Shown here: one piece after another, positions 46,432-48,964 of the stretch
Layout: every line of letters starts with the position of its first letter
How positions within the stretch are numbered: position 1 is the first letter of the stretch
Source of the DNA: Octopus bimaculoides
Taxonomy: Eukaryota
Assembly (NCBI RefSeq): GCF_001194135.2
Contig: NC_069008.1
Span: forward strand, 10,979,412 to 11,028,375
DNA: 48,964 bases
Direction: 5' to 3'
Program-made: the position numbers and the translations under genes
Notes under the pieces: model-generated
Database searches by the model: none
The model's input: only the letters and a program-made list of their open reading frames with translations
Told to the model about the DNA's origin: nothing

Positions 46432-46853
46432 TGTGCTGTGCGTGAGAAGACCCGGCAAGCCAAGTAAGATCGTTGCTAGTGCCCCTGGACTGGCTCTTGT
46501 GCGGGTGGCACATGAGATGCACCATTTTGAGCGTGGCAGTTGCCAGTACCGCCTGACTGGCTCCCGTAGGATTTTCAAGTGAGATCGTTGCCAGTGCCCC
46601 TGGACTGGCTTGTGCGGGTGGCACATAAAAGACACCATTTCGAGCGTGGCCGTTTTCGTGCGGGTGACACGTAAAAGCACCCACTACACTCTCTGAGTGG
46701 TTGGCGTTAGGAAGGGCATCCAGCTGTAGAAACTCTGCCAAATCAGACTGGAGCCTGGTGTTGCCATCCGGTTTCACCAGTCCTCAGTCGAATCGTCCAA
46801 CCCATGCTAGCATGGAAAGCGGACGTTAAACGATGATGATGATGATGATGATT
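46432..46853 (+). mobile_element. Young RTE 3' end (ORF2 stop region plus 3' UTR)
   Basis: GTGCGTGAGAAGACCCGG, repeated GCCAGT..ACTGGC units with CpGs retained, (GAT)n tail. Confidence 0.95.
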
Positions 46854-46984
46854 GTTAACTTGGCGTATGAACAGAGAGCTTATAAAGTATTTTGCACAAA
46901 TTGATAATCCCTCATTAATAACTCTGCATACAGATACCTGTGCATGCATATATGCAAATGTCTGCACTTAGTGTACGACTTTCT

Positions 46985-47190
46985 GTTTATGCTTGCTTCT
47001 AAATGCTTGACAACCAATGTTGGCTTCTTTGCATCCCAATTGTTTAACTGTTCAGTATAAAGTGTCCAATAGAATAAGTACTAGACTTATGATAAAAATA
47101 TGTACAGGGGTCAAATTGGTTGACCTAACACTTCAAAGCACTACTCTTGCATAGTCACAGCTCAATAACTTTCAATAACTGAAACAAAAG
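46985..47190 (+). mobile_element. Old SINE 3' half
   Basis: GCTTGACAACCAATG...AGAATAAGTACTAG...AACTGAAACAAAAG. Confidence 0.7.
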
Positions 47191-47329
47191 AATAAAAGAA
47201 TTATAATATCGTAATTTCTATATTAGGAAGGTTATCAAATTTGAAAGTTGTTTTTGTTTAGGCAACTCCCTTGGTCTAAGTTTACGGGTTATATTACTCT
47301 AAGCAATTATAAATGTTTGGCTTTGAAGG

Positions 47330-47660
47330 GAAAATGAAAATTTCATTTTAAATAACTGCTCAATAGCAAATGAAAATGTTATTTAAAACAGCTCTTGGCA
47401 TCTGGTTCTATAGGACAGATGAAAATGTTATTTTAAATAACTGTTCTGAATGAAAATAAAACTGTTCTGAATGTAAATAAAATTTTCTTTTGCCCTATGG
47501 AGCAAACGAAAATTTTATTCTAAACAACTTATTCTGGATGGCAAATTAAAATATTATTTCAAGTAGCTATTCATGTTGGGCCCAAAGTGTAAATGAAAAT
47601 TTAAACACTTTTACATATCTGGCCCTAAGCATAAATGAAAATTTTCTATTTTTAAAGAAA
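47330..47660. repeat. Irregular array of an AAATGAAAAT(G/T)TTATTT-like motif
   Basis: About nine degenerate copies separated by non-identical spacers. Confidence 0.6.
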
Positions 47661-47734
47661 TGATGTTGGTGTTATTCTGTAGCGTTGACTTAATGGTTTG
47701 TCAGTTGATCAAAGTTCAAAAGCATTGTTTTCTT

Positions 47735-48055
47735 TATCTTTCATCTTTTACTTGTTTCAGTCATTTGACTGCGGCCATGCTGGGGCAAGGGTTTTAGTGA
47801 AACAAACCAGCACCATGACTTTTTTTTTAGCCAGGTACTTACTCTATCAGTCTCTTGCTGAACTGCCAAGATATGGGGACATGAACATACCAACACAATT
47901 ATAAAGACACACACACACATACACGATGGGCTTCTTTCAGTTTTCATCTCCCAAATCCACTTACAAGGCTTTTGTCAGCTTGAGGTTATATTCACTGTGG
48001 GACTGAACCCAGGACCATGTGGTTGTAAAGCAAACCTCTCACCACACAGCCACAC
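47735..48055 (-). mobile_element. tRNA-derived SINE
   Basis: Reverse complement tail, core and head. Confidence 0.85.
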
Positions 48056-48894
48056 CACACCTTCTTATATCTATATATTCTACAAACATTCCCATGTGTT
48101 ATTTTTTTTATAAACTATTCCATGTCTACCATGTTCCAAAATTTTTGGGACGCTAAGGGAAAAGAGTTTCTCTATTTTGGGAATGAAGAAATTACTATGA
48201 GTTGCTGTGTCTATGATTCTTCCACTGTACTGTGTATCTGATTCTGCAAAAGAGAGAGAAATGTGTATGTGTGTGTGCATGCATGCATGTGTGTGCGTGT
48301 GTGCATGCGTGCATGTGTGTGTGTGTGTGTGTGTGTGTAACATGAAAGGTTACCACTGTATTGAAAGTGATCTTTATGTTATTAATGTAATGTGTTTAGG
48401 GATGGTGTATGTAAGAGAGTGGAAATGAGTTCATCAGAAAGGCATCTTTTTGGGTCAACATAACACAGATTTATTTATAGAGAAGATAACACAATGTAAC
48501 AAATAAACAAAGGTAATGATGATTTTCACCTGTGTATAAGGATGTGTGCAATGATAGAAATAATGATCTGCTGGAGTGATGCTGGCAGAGGAAAGAGTTT
48601 GCTCACTAATGAACAGTAAAAATTGCTATGCTGTGTGAAAGAAAAAATGCAATAAGTTGTTTCCAAGTGAATGTATGAGTAACTCATCAGCTTGTCATTC
48701 CGTGTGACCAAAGTCACTGGACAGTTGGTGATCATGTGTTAACCTTCCAGCTTCTAGGAAGCAACTGACTTGAATTTTGGTGCCAGTCGTGCCGAGTGTA
48801 AGTCATCATAGTCTTCTGCTGGTAACTTCTAAAGGGCAGAGGAATGCAGTCCTAGTGTGTTGCTACACTGGAGCAAACTAGTTTGACTGCACTG

Positions 48895-48964
<70 letters not shown>

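Noticed and set aside
48530-48700. DLLE*C remnant reminiscent of Mutator-like transposases
   Set aside because: The following QNxNES motif is not recoverable; too degenerate to support.

Overview
Repeat-saturated, AT-rich eukaryotic non-coding DNA with about 6.4 kb of N in 16 gaps. The repeat complement (tRNA-derived SINEs with an internal microsatellite, RTE-clade LINEs ending in (GAT)n, long TA/CA/CAT microsatellites) looks like an octopus genome; this is inferred from recognition, not a search. I could not identify a host gene; the window is probably intronic or intergenic, and nearly all six-frame ORFs are microsatellite, gap or transposon artefacts. Supportable content: (1) about 15 RTE LINE fragments, two showing a PHD-like C4HC3 finger after the RT; (2) about 20 SINE copies of two families; (3) three mariner lineages: a full-length decayed copy at 21635-22909, a DD34D copy at about 25460-26605 and a 3' fragment at about 42212-42500, plus two mariner-derived miniature elements; (4) a 153-bp solo LTR with a perfect 5-bp target-site duplication inside the DD34D transposase; (5) a decayed Helitron not visible in the ORF track, with an STPR-like repeat, a Cys motif and a hairpin+CTAG 3' end; (6) a decayed Naiad/Chlamys-type Penelope-like element whose GIY-YIG domain runs into a long N/S/T-rich tract; (7) a Chapaev3-like 3' end, piggyBac-like MITEs and several unclassified foldback elements. 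No single novel multi-gene system is evident. The best leads are the solo LTR, the Helitron remnant, the Penelope-like endonuclease insertion and the RTE PHD finger.
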